DNA from: Ramazzottius varieornatus | Taxonomy: Eukaryota; Animalia; Tardigrada | DNA: 64,000 bases | Assembly: GCA_001949185.1 (NCBI GenBank) | Contig: BDGG01000006.1 | Coordinates: 850,827 to 914,826 of the forward strand | Direction of reading: 5' to 3' | In this document: piece after piece, positions 10,834-30,523 of the stretch | Numbering within the stretch: position 1 is the first letter of the stretch | Layout of the letters: every line of letters begins with the position of its first letter | Notes under the pieces: generated by a model | Database searches by the model: none | Seen by the model: only the letters and a program-made list of their open reading frames with translations | What the model was told of the DNA's origin: nothing | Made by a program: the position numbers and the translations under genes

Positions 10834-12495
10834 CTAAGAAGAGCAGGGCTGCTTGAATCGAGAATCGCTGTTTACATCCGGGCTCACAGGATCCGTCTGG
10901 GGGCACCACCCAAAACAACATGGAGGTTTCGGGATTCTGTTCTTTTCCGTCTCCGAAAAGTAGTAGCAAGTCTTCAACAACAAACCAACGGGAAACGGGA
11001 AGTCCTTGACACGGAGGTACATCTTCTTCCTCAGCAGAGTGAATTCTCCTTCCTTCAGGCCATCTCGCTCTTCCTGGGTCAAGCACGGTTCGTAGGAGAA
11101 CGAGTTACCTTTCATGGCTATCTCCCCTTGAGCATTCAAAGTTTCCCATTCTTTGTGGACGACAGTAGGGTTGTCCATCCTGCAAAGGTTGTGCTAGCAA
11201 TAATATCCCGAAACAAAAAAAAGTTGGGACGTCGGCAATGGACTGAACAAGATCGTCATATCAAGTGGCGCAAGGTTTTACTGTTAATGACTGGTAAACT
11301 GCGCATGTCCAGATCGTTATTAGAAGTGGCGCACGCTCCCTTCGCTTGTGGCTAAAAGTGTGCCCCACTTGGAAAAAACGATTATGTACAAGTCGTTTCT
11401 CACGTCTCCGTTCAATAGGTACTCTGTATTAATACGTTTCTTACTTTGTGCGAAGATCTTCTAGGAGGGCTCTGTCAGCTGCCACTTCCGACAAAGTCAG
11501 GACCTCCAGACACTTGCTCAGCCAAGTTACCTGGTCAGGCGGGTACTGCCAAACTGCTTGCTTCCAGCTTGCGATCAGAGGAACATAGAAGCTAGAACCA
11601 ACGTTATAATACTCTCTCCTGTTTACCAAGACCCCAGCTGTACGTCGAGTAACAATCCCAATGAAACGGGAAACGAGTGGCGAGACCGATCTCGAAGGTC
11701 ATCTTGGTGGTGGGACCGAAGGTCAACTTGGTGACAGGAAACTTTACGTGGATGTTGTGGTCCAGCGCCAGCGACGCCATGTTACCTATGTGACTCCAGT
11801 ACAGACGCAGGTTGACGAAAGTGACCGATTGAACGGTGTCCGGACCCAGGTTCAGGACACCGCCGAGGTAGTCGAGGAAGAACTGAGTGTCAGAAAGTCC
11901 TGGGTTGAAGACTTCCTCTGCAATTGCCGTCACGTTGTATACGACGAAGTTACGGACTTGTTTGTGATGTAGAATCCAATCGAGGAAGAGGTGTTGCAGG
12001 TTCGAAGGGAAAGCCTTGTTCAAGCGTTTCTCGAGGGGGAAACGACCAACGCCGCCGACGATGCCATAAAGTCCAAGATCACCGTCTTGGTGTCAACCGT
12101 GACCATTCGAGGGAAGAAGTTGGACTGGTTGAGTGGAGTAGGAGGGTTGGCTGAGTCGGTGTTGTTCCAGAAGCGCATGTCGCGGGCACGAAGGTACAAG
12201 GCGGAAGTCATCTGCGGGCCTTAGTTATCGATTGCTGCCACTGCTTGCAGACTCTGTAAAAAAGGGAGTATAAATACAAGGGAAGTTCAGCACTTCAAGA
12301 AATCGGAATCATGGAAACTTACCTGCGGTATTTGACGCGTTGAAGATTAGGATTATGCGCGAGGATGCCTTGGATGACTGCGGGAGGACTTTCCTTCCAT
12401 AGCGTGGTGGATCCGACCAATTCCGGTTCAGCTTCCTTCGCAGCTGGGGCCACACCCGTCTTCTGGCGCTTGATAGCAGGCTTCTGACAGGCCAT
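10834..12495 (-). pseudogene. F-box-like protein of an unrecognised family; three frameshifts (pseudogene or assembly indels)
   Basis: ATG 12495; exons 1/2 give LWKESPPAVIQGILAHNPNLQRVKYRRVCKQWQQSI (F-box-like). ORFs 12020-12211, 11604-12023 and 11441-11629 abut in shifting frames; final exon 10834-11180. Confidence 0.65.
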
Positions 12496-13059
12496 CTTTT
12501 CTCAGCTCTCTACAAACGAACTCTCGCTGGAAGAAAAAAGACTCGCAGTAGACTTTACAGAACTTGGCAGATGGGAAACTAAAAATTCAAAATGGCAAGA
12601 CAGCCTCATCCGGAACGGCGGAACCTCTGTTTCGGTTCTTTTGTTCGAAAAGTAAGGTCGATCGGTCCAACCCGAGCCGAATCTTCTGTTCATTTGCTTC
12701 TGTGTTTCCTATTTCTCCAGTAGACTTTATTGATTTGCCAAGCAGTTTGCGATAATATCAATCAAATACACACGACTGACACGAGCAAATGGAGAACCTT
12801 GAGTGACAAGGAAACAAAACTAGAAGATAAGAGATAACAAAGAGCATTCAGAATAAATATTAGATAAACAGTTATAAATATTAAGAAACACCAAAGGAAA
12901 AAGAGAACACGCGAGGGCCGGTCTGTCAAAATGGACAAGATACCAGGCCAAACAACCGTGACGAAAAGGGTCACGCACAGAAACTCCAGTCAGAACCTTT
13001 TCTTCACACGACAACAGGTCAAATGCTAAATTAATCAAGAGAAAAGACCGCAAGAAGGC

Positions 13060-16000
13060 TCAGCGAACTTCCTCGTCCCCCTTCGAAGCGATATACTGAT
13101 CCCAGAAAGACTGTAGTTGCGCTTCTAACCACACTGATTTCGTCCTACGAAAACAAGGAATAATATTGCACATTTGAAGGTCAAAAAGCCCTTCGAAGAA
13201 AGAAGCGTCTGAGCGAGCAAACTCGGCAAGATCGTTTTCCCATGTGGCGCACGCATCCAGCCAATAACAACTAAGACGTGAGCCACTTGGGCACCCCACA
13301 GAATCGTTTACACAAGTGGCGCATGCTATCCGTTACTACCTCTGAAACCGTGCGCCACTTGGGAAAGCAATCTTGCCGGGCTGGTTGTCAAGCTCCCATC
13401 TATTCAGAAACTCACTTCATGGATCGGGACTGGTTCGTCACCTCATCCAAGGCTTTTAGCTCATTCTGCAACGTGGCTATTCTCTCCGAGAGTTCCGTGG
13501 TAGATTCATCGGCCATGCGCATCAGTTCACCATACACCAAGTTGAGCTCGCTGGAAGAAACAGAAGACCATCGCTGGAATTAGTAATGGTTGCAAAGAGA
13601 ACGAAAGCGGATGGACTCACTCCTGAACTTGATGAGCTCCACCTGTGGCAGTAGGGTGAATGAGGCTGGCCAGTTGAGGTCTCACATACTGTACAAACTG
13701 ATTCTTGAAGACCCGTCGGCGTGTCCGGAAGTGCCAGGCTAGCCGCTCAGCTCCGTAAAGGAAAGCGTAACCGGCAGCTGCACCCGCCAGAACCCTCCAG
13801 CCAATACTCCTCCACACCTACATCAAATGAAGATAAGATAAGAAATCGACATAAAATGGCTCGCCATAAAACGTAAGCTGGGCAATTAAGCTCGTCCAAA
13901 TAGTTTTCCCAAGTCGCGCACGTTCTCGGTGTTATTAGCCAAAGGCGTGCGCCGCTTGCAGAAGCAGTCTTGTCGGGTTTGTTTGTCTACGCTCTAGATC
14001 GACGAGACAAGAAACGACTTAGTTACTTACCAAGAAAGCAACAGCCCCCGTGCCGATGCCGCATTTGGACAAGATGGCCGCCAGTTCCACCGCATCCAGG
14101 TTCTGTACAGTCCCCGTTGCCACTTCCGACCCGCCACTTGATATGGGCATGCTGGACTGGTAAGTGGACCGTACATCGACCATATCACCTTCACCGGACT
14201 TCCCACTCACCACCGACTGCTGTGTCTGCAGGACGACCCTTGACGTTGGTGGTTGGTCACTCCTTGTCATCTACAACCCCGACACCAAACACCGTTGAGA
14301 TGCACTCGAATATTCTGGTCGACAAAAGAACAAAAGGATCTCGGCTGAAAAACTCGCCAAGATTGCTTTCAATATCTCAAGTGGCACGTTTTCAGCCAGT
14401 AACAGTGACAGCGTGCGCCACTTGGGAAAAAAGGACTCGAGAAGATAGTCTTCCCTATAGTGGCGCTCGTTCGCGGTGTAATTGGCCGAAAGCGTGCGCC
14501 ACTTGGGAGAACGATTCTTGGCGCGTTTGTCGCCGAGGTTCTAAATGAGGAACTTACGGGAAATGATGGTATGAGACCGAAGGTGCCCAAACGTCGCATC
14601 TCACTTCGACTAAGTATCAGCCTCCCCAGTCTCTGGAAACCTAGTGAGAAATGAAACGTCAGGTCCTCCTGGAAGCCTACACAGTGCTGAGGGATGCTCA
14701 GGTGGGTCTTTAGAGCGAAGCGGGGCCGACGGTGAAGCGGAGCGAGCTTGACGTCGCGAACTTGTTCAGGCAGCAATCCACCCAAACGATCTACACAACG
14801 GAGAACATTCTGGTTAGGTGATGTGACAATTGGGGAAAATCTTGGGAGCTGGACTAACGGACGCCACAAGACTGCTTATCCCAGTGGCGCACCTTTTCAG
14901 TGTTACCATCTGGAAAAGTGCGCCACATGGAAAAACGATCTGGTCAGTTCGTTTGCCGAGCTACCATTCCAAAAACGGAAGGCTGACTTACTTAGCATCT
15001 CTTGCTGGAGAACGTCGACGGCGTTGTTGATCGGTACAGCACAGCGAGCTTCAAAGTTCCGCAGGAAGGTATTTTCGAAAGCAATGTACAATCCCTGCTT
15101 GTACATCTCCATCTGATCCGGTGTGGTAGGCCACGTCTTCCCGTAGGACTCAACCGTCGTGGGAAGTTTTGCTAATTCTTCTTTGAACCCTCTCACGATC
15201 TAACGACAAAGATGGCCCATTACAATTTTCCACAGTGACCCGAAGAAAATTTTTTAACCATCCTTTCGAATCGCATCATTTTCGGGAAAAACTCCAATCT
15301 TACCTCCTCGGCTGCTTTGCGGCAGAGACCATCGACCTTTTCCTTGTACTCATTCTTCAGACTTTGATAATGAGTGCTTTTCATCTGTAACACGGACTCC
15401 TGCCGTCTCTTTTCATCACCCTGGGTATTTCTGCAAAGGACAAACTTTCTGGTCAGAAAATATTACTTCTTTGCTTGCTGGTCCTGACAACGTAAAGCAC
15501 CGTAAAGTACTGGCGGTATCAAAGACCGTTTCCAGCAAGCTGCGCATGCCTTTGACGATCTCTTTGCCTTGTGTGGTGTGATGTTCGAACTTTGTTCGGA
15601 CAGCAGACTCCGACAGCGTCTCTTGAAACTTCCTCTCGAACGTCTCGAAATCCTGCATGCGCATCAGGTACCCTTCCGGAAACATTCCCGCTACAAACAA
15701 ACACCCACTTATTCTGCTACACCTTCACATCACAGAACGAAGCAAAAGTCTTACGATTAACAGGTTCCCCTTTCTCCCTCTTCTGGTAAGTCAGCAACAC
15801 TTCTTTAGCCGACACAAAGTACACTCTTTCCAACGCTTGTTCCCGTGATATCCCTGCCAGTTCCTTGTTGAGAAACTCTAGGTTCCTTGCTAAATGTTGT
15901 TGTCGAACCTAAAGAGGAAAACAAAAAACAGAATTAGTATTTGGCAGCTCGGCAAACAAAGTAGGCAAGACTGTTTTTCCAAAAAGCGCACGTTTACGGT

Positions 16001-17565
16001 GTCGTCGGCTTGACGCGTGCGCCACTTGGGAAAAGGATCTCGGCAAGTTCTCAAGTGGCGCATGTTTTCATTGTTGTTGGCCGAGAGTATGCACCACGTG
16101 GAGGAACGAGCTTGTCGAGTTCCTAAATGGCGCACATTCCCAGCTAATATCACTGGAACCATGCGCCAATCGAAAAGACATTCCTCGCGACTCCCGAGCT
16201 TGTTTGCTTGCGTCCCATTTGGTCCAAAATCAGAAATGTTTAATATTTCTCACTTCTTCCATGTATTCAGGTTCGTTCGCCGAAGCATCCCACCGGTTGT
16301 TCAGTATGAAAACGTTGGGTTTCGATAGTTTTGAAGCTACTTTGTGGAAGAAGTTCTTCTCGGCTTGCATGAGGGTCGATTCGGCGTTGGCCACCAGGAC
16401 GAAGACGTCGGCGTCCAGACAGTACTTATCGATCCATGTGTCCGTGTCCGGCGTCACATCGATCCCCGGACTGTCCACAAGCACGACATCCTCCCTCAAC
16501 AGGAAGCACTTGCTCTTCGGCCAGGCTAATCTCACCAGACTCTCTTCCGACAGATGCTCTCCACTCAAGGCGTGCGAGAGACTAGTGACGGACTGCAAAA
16601 ACATATTGACAATGCCATATTGTCATGTCAAATCAGTCAAGTCGCAATAACGCCTTATGTCATGCCATACGTTCAATGACGTGTCTTCAAAATAGAAACC
16701 AGAGTGCTCCTCTATGTAAGTTCATCAAAGCTGAACCCTGGTTTCTACTCATGCGTGACCGAGCGGCTATTTTTACGATAAGTAAACAAAACACGCCGGA
16801 AATAGCTCCGCTGTCCTTGTACCTTGATACCATAACGTTCCGTAGAGCCTTCTTTCATCGCGTAACCTTCAACGTCGTCTGTACCTTCAACCTGGATGAA
16901 GCAGTTGGTCGTGTGCCCGATCCCGGAAGGAAGAATGCGATCGCGCAGCATGGCGTTGATGACCGTGCTCTTCCCGTTGCTCGTTCTGAAAATATCAAAC
17001 TAAACCTCAGTGCAAGCTCGAATAGAAGTAACCCAGCAAGCCACAAGTAAATCGAAGGGTACGTGAAATGCAGACAAGGAAGGTAATTTACCGCCCGAAG
17101 AAGACGACTTTCATGTGATCCCTCTTCACCATTTCCGAAATTCCTCGAATTTTTCCATGGCGTTTCTGCACGTCCTCCACCAAGTTTAAATCTACTGGGA
17201 TGATGCCACTACTGATTCCTGTGAAGAAAACCAAGAGTTCAATCAGGATGAATGGAGCCACGATTTTTCAAGATGAACCGAGACTCACTTTGGAGGAACG
17301 AAGTGCTCTCTTTGACTTGACTGTCCAACTCGGCGAATATTTCGTTAATTTTTTTCTTGGCTTGAGAAAAGATGCGCAGAGGGCTGCCAGCTCCCGGCGA
17401 TCCCTTGGCCCCAGCAATATGCTCTTCTTGTATCCGTATCAGGTTGTCCATCTTGGTCGGAGTGTCGAAGACGGCGTCACCGCGCTCTCGCGCATTGTCC
17501 GTGTTGGCATGAGACGCTGAACGATGCAAAAAGCCCGACATTTTACCGGCGCCCGAGTTACTCAT
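13060..17565 (-). CDS. MFN: Mitofusin (Mfn/Marf/fzo-1), about 13 coding exons
   Basis: [18 protein letters not shown]1 motif [89 protein letters not shown] and C-terminal HR2. Confidence 0.96.
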
Positions 17566-19210
17566 GGACTAGTCAGAATACCACGCATCAAAGGCCACAT
17601 TCGACACGGACGACACCACAAAATATAAACTGAAAAACAGAAAACATACGAGGTACAGGATAAAATAAGTCGCGAAGTACAAAGTCAGAAACGCTCATCT
17701 CGATTGATTGTTGATCGCATGGTACAAATCGTGCCAAATTTCGTCATCCCAAAGAAAGCTAAACAGGATCGGGAACGACACCATTTCCGTACGGTTTTTC
17801 GGATCAAACAATCTCCAAGAACTTACCTTGGCGGAAATAAAGCTGCTGTGCCAAAATTGTAAAAGCAGTCCACAAAATCGAGAGGCTTGTCACATCACCA
17901 CAAGCTTCCACAATCGTTTCCCGGACGCGAAGTCTTGGCGCGATGGCTGCGAGACTGAAATCGGGGGTAGTACCGCTACTACAAACAGATCAGCACAGAT
18001 GAAACGACACCTACTTGGCAACAATAAGGATCAAATGATGCGAAAAGAAGATCGTGGTGGTGACGAAAGGAAACTCGGGAAATCCGTCTTCCAGAAGGAA
18101 AATAATGAAGACAGGAACATCCCCGATGAACCGACGCATCTTCGATGGCAATCAGTGCACAATGCACATATTATGTGCGCTCTGCGCTTTGTTTGTTGCG
18201 CATTACTTGTGCGTTCTGTATTTGGGCCAATCAGATGGCTAAGATAACGAAGACGGAGCGAAAGGGAGGTACTGCTCTCTACGGATCCGTTACTCAAAAG
18301 AGTATATAAAGCCAGAATTTCGGATTTTCCAGTTGATACTTTGATCTTATTTGATCGGACATGCTTCTGGGCTATCCGAGATGACGATGAAGACAGATAT
18401 CTGAGCCCCTGGGCAATGATGGTATTCTCAGATTTTACACTACAAATGGTTCGATGATGTGAGCTTCAAAATCCTTGAGCTTCAAGGAGAAGCGAGCTGA
18501 AAGGGGAAGTCTGACGAACAGTCTGTGCTCCTCGCGATGAACGAAACGTCTGAGCGAACCTCCTTGTTTTCCTCCAGATCATCCCGTGTATCTAGCAGCT
18601 ATGGTTTTACTGTTTTTCAGGTACTGCGAAACAGGACAACTTCTCGGCAAAGCAGGAAAATGCGACAAGGTTGGTCGTGACCGTCATCTCGAGTAGCGCA
18701 CATTGTCAGTGTCACTGTTCGGCAGCGTGCGCCAGTTTGGAGAACGATTTTGTCGAGTCCCGAAGTGGCGCACGCTTCTAGTGTTATTTACTGGACGTGT
18801 GATCCGGTTGGGAAACGATCATGTTCAGGTCACCTGCCAACCTCCCAGTTTTAGGAGCTAGAACCGTACGGTGGTTAGGCAGTCGGTCACGTGTGTGATG
18901 CTTACGCTTGCGTTAGTTTCCGGATTTTTACGCAGTATTTTTTTCCACGCGAGATGCAAACGGCAGTTCGCCCGTGCATAGAAAATTGACAACACACAAG
19001 CGTCTAGAGTTCCAGAAAAAGAGGAGGTAGTAAAGTTATTGCATAAACAGCTGCAGGACAAGCAGGTAATTTGGATTGGCCATCAAGAGTCAGTCAAAAT
19101 AAAGGTCAACAATAAAACAACAAAAACAACAAGCCTATTTACATCATAAAAGTTGAACAAAAGATCAAACTGGATAGAAAAGCAGGACAGCTGCACTTGA
19201 GTTTCTAAAA

Positions 19211-25010
<5,800 letters not shown>

Positions 25011-25732
25011 TACGCCAATCAATGTGACAGGTCATCCACAGTGCAGGACATCTGTTAGTGCCAGGTATGATAAGGAATTTTACGACATCAGATAGAGTCG
25101 TAAACGAGAGCGAACTTCATCGATCGAAGAATGGAGAATTAGACTGATGACCGTCAGACCGTGAATGAAAAATCAATTCAGCTGAACAAAAGTCGATTAC
25201 CCAATCAATCAAGCGGCGAACAAAAAAGTCTAGACTTTAGACAGTCAGGATCGATCCCAAGGGACCAGGGTCCAGGGATGAGGGTTTCCGGTCGCATTTG
25301 ATAATCCGTACAAAACTTCCTTTGTTGATGAGGAAAATTTTCACGAATCAAAATTCCGTCTGCCTTCTGCGATATCACGGAAATAAGAGATTCGAAACTG
25401 CTTCGGAGCCAGGTTGAATGGCCGAGGGAAGACTAGAGAGCAAGGGATCATCAAAATGTCAGTCACGCTGTCGAGGCGTGGGCCTTGTGTTGATTGACAT
25501 CTGGCAGTCTTGCGGCCACACTCAAATTAGGACTAGTACCGGTTGATTGACGATGCACTGTGTTACCCCTTGATTGATGGTCTCTCACAACACGGAAGTA
25601 GCTCCAGGAATCAAGAGCCGAAAAACTGACCCGCAGAAGTAGTTACTCCAAATTGCATCACAGAGTTTTCGGCTAGCCATGCAAACTGAGGTAAAGAACA
25701 ATTGAGAATCTTTGTGAACGTCGAACAAAATC

Positions 25733-27844
25733 TCATAGAACATTTTCCAAGGTTGGATCTAAAACGGACAAGACAGCACCAACCAGATGCAAACTTCCAG
25801 TCACCAGAATCTCCACTTTACCATCATTATTCTCTGCAAAATCCTCCAACCAAGCTAGAGTGTCTTTGACACTATCAAAACATATGGCTTCTGCAACAGA
25901 ATCTTTCCGCTGCTTTACGCCGTTCAACTCCTCCCAAAGAATCTTCTGTTTTCCACAGCGAGCCAACTGCTGGTCCCTGTTCACCGTGAAGTTCGCTTGG
26001 TCCGACGCTGCATTCACTTTCACCACTTCCAGAATATTTGGACAAAACAAGGCTACATTAAAACCACAATTTATCAGAGGTGACAAAAGATCTTCGATTT
26101 TCCTATCAGCCGTCGAATTAAATATCAATACTTTTTTGGAGTCTTTCGAAAGAGCCGACTTTCGGAACCATCCGGCACAGAACGCCACACTTTCTTTCGT
26201 GTGAGCGCCATCTATGAAAAAGTCTAGATTCTTTTGGGAGAAGCGGTGAAATCTTCCGGGCCATCGGCATTCTTTCAAGGCTGTGCGTAGAGCGGAAGTG
26301 ACCAGAAACGGTTCACATTCTTCCACCTTTGAACTTTGCTCGAACCGCAGATTCTCCTTCTGGTTTGGTACTTCGTTTTCTGAACGGGAGTGTGCGTGAG
26401 GCTTCTGTGTTCGTTCTAACCATATTCGACAAAGCTGCAAAGCAAGGGAAGCGTTCCATTCTTGGACGGGGCCTTCGAGACCTAAATCAATGGGAATGTT
26501 ATCTTCAGTTGGGTATTGATTGAGCTGTGGAACGACGTAGAGCGGACAGCTGAGAGATTCGGCGTGTTTCTGGAGAACCATCATAGCTTCTTCGGGCTGG
26601 CGAACTGTGACAGCGGGGACGCCAGGCTTGAAGATGCCCGCTTTGTGTCGAGCGATCTCGGGTAGTGTCTCACCGAGAATGCTCATGTGGTCGTAGCCCA
26701 ACGAGGATACACCACAGACGGTGGGGTGCTTGATTACGTTCGTGCTGTCGAAGGTTCCTCCGATGCCCACTTCCACCACGGCCACATCCACCTAGCAAAA
26801 GAAACACCCGTGCAGGAAAACATTGTCGAAAAACGTCCCAATGAATGTTGGGTAATGAGAATAATATGACATGTCCGTAACACACATGACATTACTAGTT
26901 TACACCGATACTTTCCCTCAGTGCTCACGATTACGCCACGGAAATGAATGAGCTGACTGTTACTAACACCCAACGAACAAGCTAACCGATGACGTAATGC
27001 GCTGATTTAATCTTTTTGACGCCACCGGAAGTCAAACATTAGTGGATTTTTCGTTCAGCTCTCGGCAGAGAGCTCTCTGCTACAGTACCTTTTCTTGCAG
27101 GAACACGTAGAAGGACATCACGGTCAAGAACTTGAAGTACGGTGGCATCTCTTCGGGTTGACATCCATCCCGCAAGGCATCATGAACGTCCCAGAAGTAC
27201 CGCGTGAAGACATCTTCGGCCAACGGAACGCCGTCAAGTCGTATCCTTTCTCGAACGGCGACAAGGTGCGGAGAACTGAAGAAGCCCGTCCTGTACCCGG
27301 AACGTCGGAGTAGGCTTTCCGTGAAGGCACAAGTCGAGCCTTTCCCTTTGGTCCCACTGACGTGGATAATGTTCAACCTATCCAAATCCACTGGCTACAA
27401 ACCGTTGCACCTTCGTGAGAAAATGCAGATGAAATCCAGAGAATATTCTTACACTCCTTACTTCGATGTTTATGATCCGTACGAGCTTTTCCATCCAGGG
27501 AATATTCTTGTTGGCGTTGACATCCCTTTCCTTCCGCGCCTTCTCGATGGTCTGTGCGTTGCTCTGAAGCCCGTTCAGCGCCGCGATGGCGTCCTGGAAG
27601 AGCGATTTGTGTATAATAAACTCCCAAACAATCAACCATATGACCGTTTTACCTGATAAGTCCTGGATTTCCTCATTGTTGTGGCAGCTGCTGTGCTCGC
27701 TTTCCGTGATAGGAAGCAAAACAAATCATTCTTTGCGTAACCTAGAAAGTCTGGTAGGACCAGGCTTTCGATTATATCACCATGAATGCCGAGAAGGCGC
27801 TTAAACTGCCGTTTGGAAAGAGCCATTTTAGTAAGGTTATGCAT
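25733..27844 (-). CDS. FPGS: Folylpolyglutamate synthase, 4 exons, with N-terminal mitochondrial-type leader
   Basis: TYQDAIAALNGLQSNA, IIHVSGTKGKGSTCAF, FSSPHLVAVRERI, EVGIGGTFDSTN, WPGR, IDGAHT and LVTGSLHLVG. Confidence 0.95.
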
Positions 27845-28573
27845 TCCTTATTCCAAAGTGCGTCAGAACAGCTGGCTGCTTCGCTGCTCGTTCGCTGCCG
27901 CGCTGAGACAAGTGTCACAGCGTGTTGAATATTTGGTGGAGACAAGATACACGGTTTGTAGTGTCCAAGGACAGGCCAAAATCATCCAAGAACCTCTGTT
28001 CGGTACTGCACACTGTGCAGTTTTTGTAGGTGCGTGATGGAATGCGCTCGGCCTTTGTACATAACACAGCACGCCATTCAGATTTGTATTCATGTGCGTG
28101 AGGTTGTGCACCAGATGCACTTGCCATGGTGCAATGCACTGCGTCGGTATCGTAACTTCGTGACTCATGATATTTAATCTTCATTATCGGATGGTGATCC
28201 TTCGTACTGAATTACTTTCTCTCTCTCCCTCTCTTGAACTGATGTACTGCTGGTGCCTGTTCTCTTATCTCTTCAGTCTATGATTTGAGGTGAGTCACGA
28301 CTGTCTAATCTTGTTCGAGAATTGCCGCGTCAAGAGGCTGACAAGCTAGGCAAGCAAACCGCCGGCAACTACACCGACGCAAGATCCTCTGTGACTTTTG
28401 CAGGCTTTCTGCGTTCCCCTTGCTGCTCGACAAGCTGTCAGGGACTTTCTGGGACGTTCTTCACACATAAACGAACAGAGGGTGTTGATCAGATTGCTGG
28501 CCTGTTGATCGTAGTAGGTTTCTTCAGTCTCAAACGCCCAGAAGTTAACGGTCAAGTATGAGCGGCGCATAAA

Positions 28574-28715
28574 GTCACGTGATCTTGCGCCTGTTTACTG
28601 CTAGTCACGTGGTACTCCGCGCAGTTACTCGGTTATGGTCCTAAACGATGACGTAATCTGAGCTTGCGAAATCGACTCGCAAAGCTCATGCTAAAATTTT
28701 CGGAAAATCACGTGA
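28574..28715. promoter_or_regulatory. E-box/CLEAR-like cluster upstream of FPGS
   Basis: GTCACGTGA 28574, GTCACGTGG 28604, palindrome AAAATCACGTGATTTT around 28704-28719, ATGACGTAA 28648. Confidence 0.35.
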
Positions 28716-29084
28716 TTTTTCATCCGAAAAAGCAAACATCTGTACTTCATTTTAATACACACGAAGTACAGAGATGTTCACTTCTCGAGCGACCGGACTA
28801 TACCTCATACAAGAAGATTGCCACATCACGTCTTGAATTCAAGTCAGCATTAATGCGCGGGTATTCGGCGCTTGGTTCTCAAGTATCCTTCCGACACCTC
28901 GCTGTACCGACTGCGCATATCTGGACCGGCAGATTTTCCCAAGCGACAAGAGAATATTTTTCAATAAGTACTTGTTAGAGCACGTTAGCAGAGTCCATAT
29001 ATTCTGCAGAGTCTATGGACTCTGACGTTAGTGAGCACGTACAACCATTTCAGCACAGTCATGCTGATCGGGATAACGCTCCTT

Positions 29085-29885
29085 TATCATGGGTCTTCAG
29101 CAACGACTCTTTCCTGTCCATCAATGTGGATGGCTCGCAAGATGAGCACGGGACTAACGCCCAAGACCTTGATGAGTTTGCGCAGCCCCTTGCTCGGTTG
29201 CAATCTGATGGACCAGATCACTGACTATGTCCCATGACAGAAAATATAACACAGTTGGAATTTTATGAAAAGATACTTACCTTCCCCATAATATTATTGG
29301 ACATGTGACTAACTCCGGGATAAAAGTAGGAGCCCGGCAAAGAAACGTACAAGATGGATATCAGAAGTGGGGCAAACTTCTAGCCAAAACCAATGAAAAA
29401 GTGCGCCACTTCGGGCCAACGTTTTTGTTCATTCCATCTGCCGATTTCCCAAATGCACTGCGCGGGTACGTTAGTGAAAGTCAAACCTTCTTCACACCAC
29501 CACATAGCAAAGTTGCAAATTCTTATAAATCGTCAAACCAACGATCCACGAAGCTTTGTCTACAAAAGTTTTCTCTCGGCCTACGCATCAACCGATTTAT
29601 ATCTTATTCACAAAACCAGGTGTTTCCGGTGGTATCGAAGAAGTCCCTTATGAAGAGGTAATTCGTTTCCGGTACGTCCCCAGACTCTCCACCCATTTCG
29701 GGTAGCTCTTTGAGGTCCGTATTATTTTCCGTGTATATCTCCGTAGATGGTAACATGTGAGTCGATCGTCTGTACATTCCCTTCCTCCGAACCTTGGCGC
29801 ACAGTGCTTCTACCTCCAACTCGCTGATAGGCTCGTAGTTCCACATCATCTCGATCTGACGCTCCAAGTTGTTAGTCGGCACCAT
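29085..29885 (-). pseudogene. Decayed PP4/PP2A-family Ser/Thr phosphatase catalytic subunit
   Basis: NLERQIE..ISELEVEALCAKVR..DLKEL..GDVPETNYLFIRDFFD resembles the PP4C N-terminus, but the GDIHG and GDFVDRG motifs are broken. The downstream part below about 29600 is only weakly assignable. Confidence 0.7.
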
Positions 29886-30523
29886 CACACAGTCTACGAT
29901 ACCTGGAGCATTGAAACACATAGGGTCGCGAAGGGTATCGAAACGATTCACAAGATTCCGAAGAAAATCAGTGGTTGGACCACTAGCAAGTGAAAATTGG
30001 CCATATTTCCGCAACAAAATAAATTCCGTACTTACGTCATCAATGTTCGCAGTCGATTGTGGAGCGACGACGTTGGACCGTCGAATTGGTAGACCACGTT
30101 GTCAAATACAAAACGGGCTGTGCAGTCAGCTGGGCATCAATCAACAGAACGAGGCGAACATTCGGAACGTTTAGCTATCCAAAATGAAGTTCAGACTAGG
30201 TCATGACGTCATGTTTTCCACCAGAAAATGTGTACCTGGAACGGCGCCCGCTGTGACACTAGTCCCCCCGGGGCCACAGCACGCACTATGCTTATTCCAT
30301 TCCTTTCCAGGAATCCCTCTCCGTTCCCAGCGAAGGGCACTTGGAACAGCGGGATTCCTATCTTGGAATACTTGGTCCGACTGGAAACTAGAACTTGGAA
30401 TTCCTAATTTTCCGCTGGAAATTTGGAATTCCAGTTTCTGGCTTGCGCTATAGTCGAGATTTTGGTTAATACATCACAGTCGGCTTGCTATGCTTTGCCT
30501 TCGCAGCACTTTACCGTCGAAAT

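Noticed and set aside
13970-16328. ORFs with recurring KWRT, QVAH, CATWEN or VRHLGK peptides
   Set aside because: These are translations of the non-coding palindrome family, not a protein repeat domain.
25733-26791. Horizontal transfer of folC suggested by a 1-kb exon
   Set aside because: The gene has three spliceosomal introns and animal-type FPGS motifs and leader.
27863-28570. Short ORFs upstream of FPGS
   Set aside because: No recognisable motifs or consistent splice structure; likely UTR or promoter sequence.
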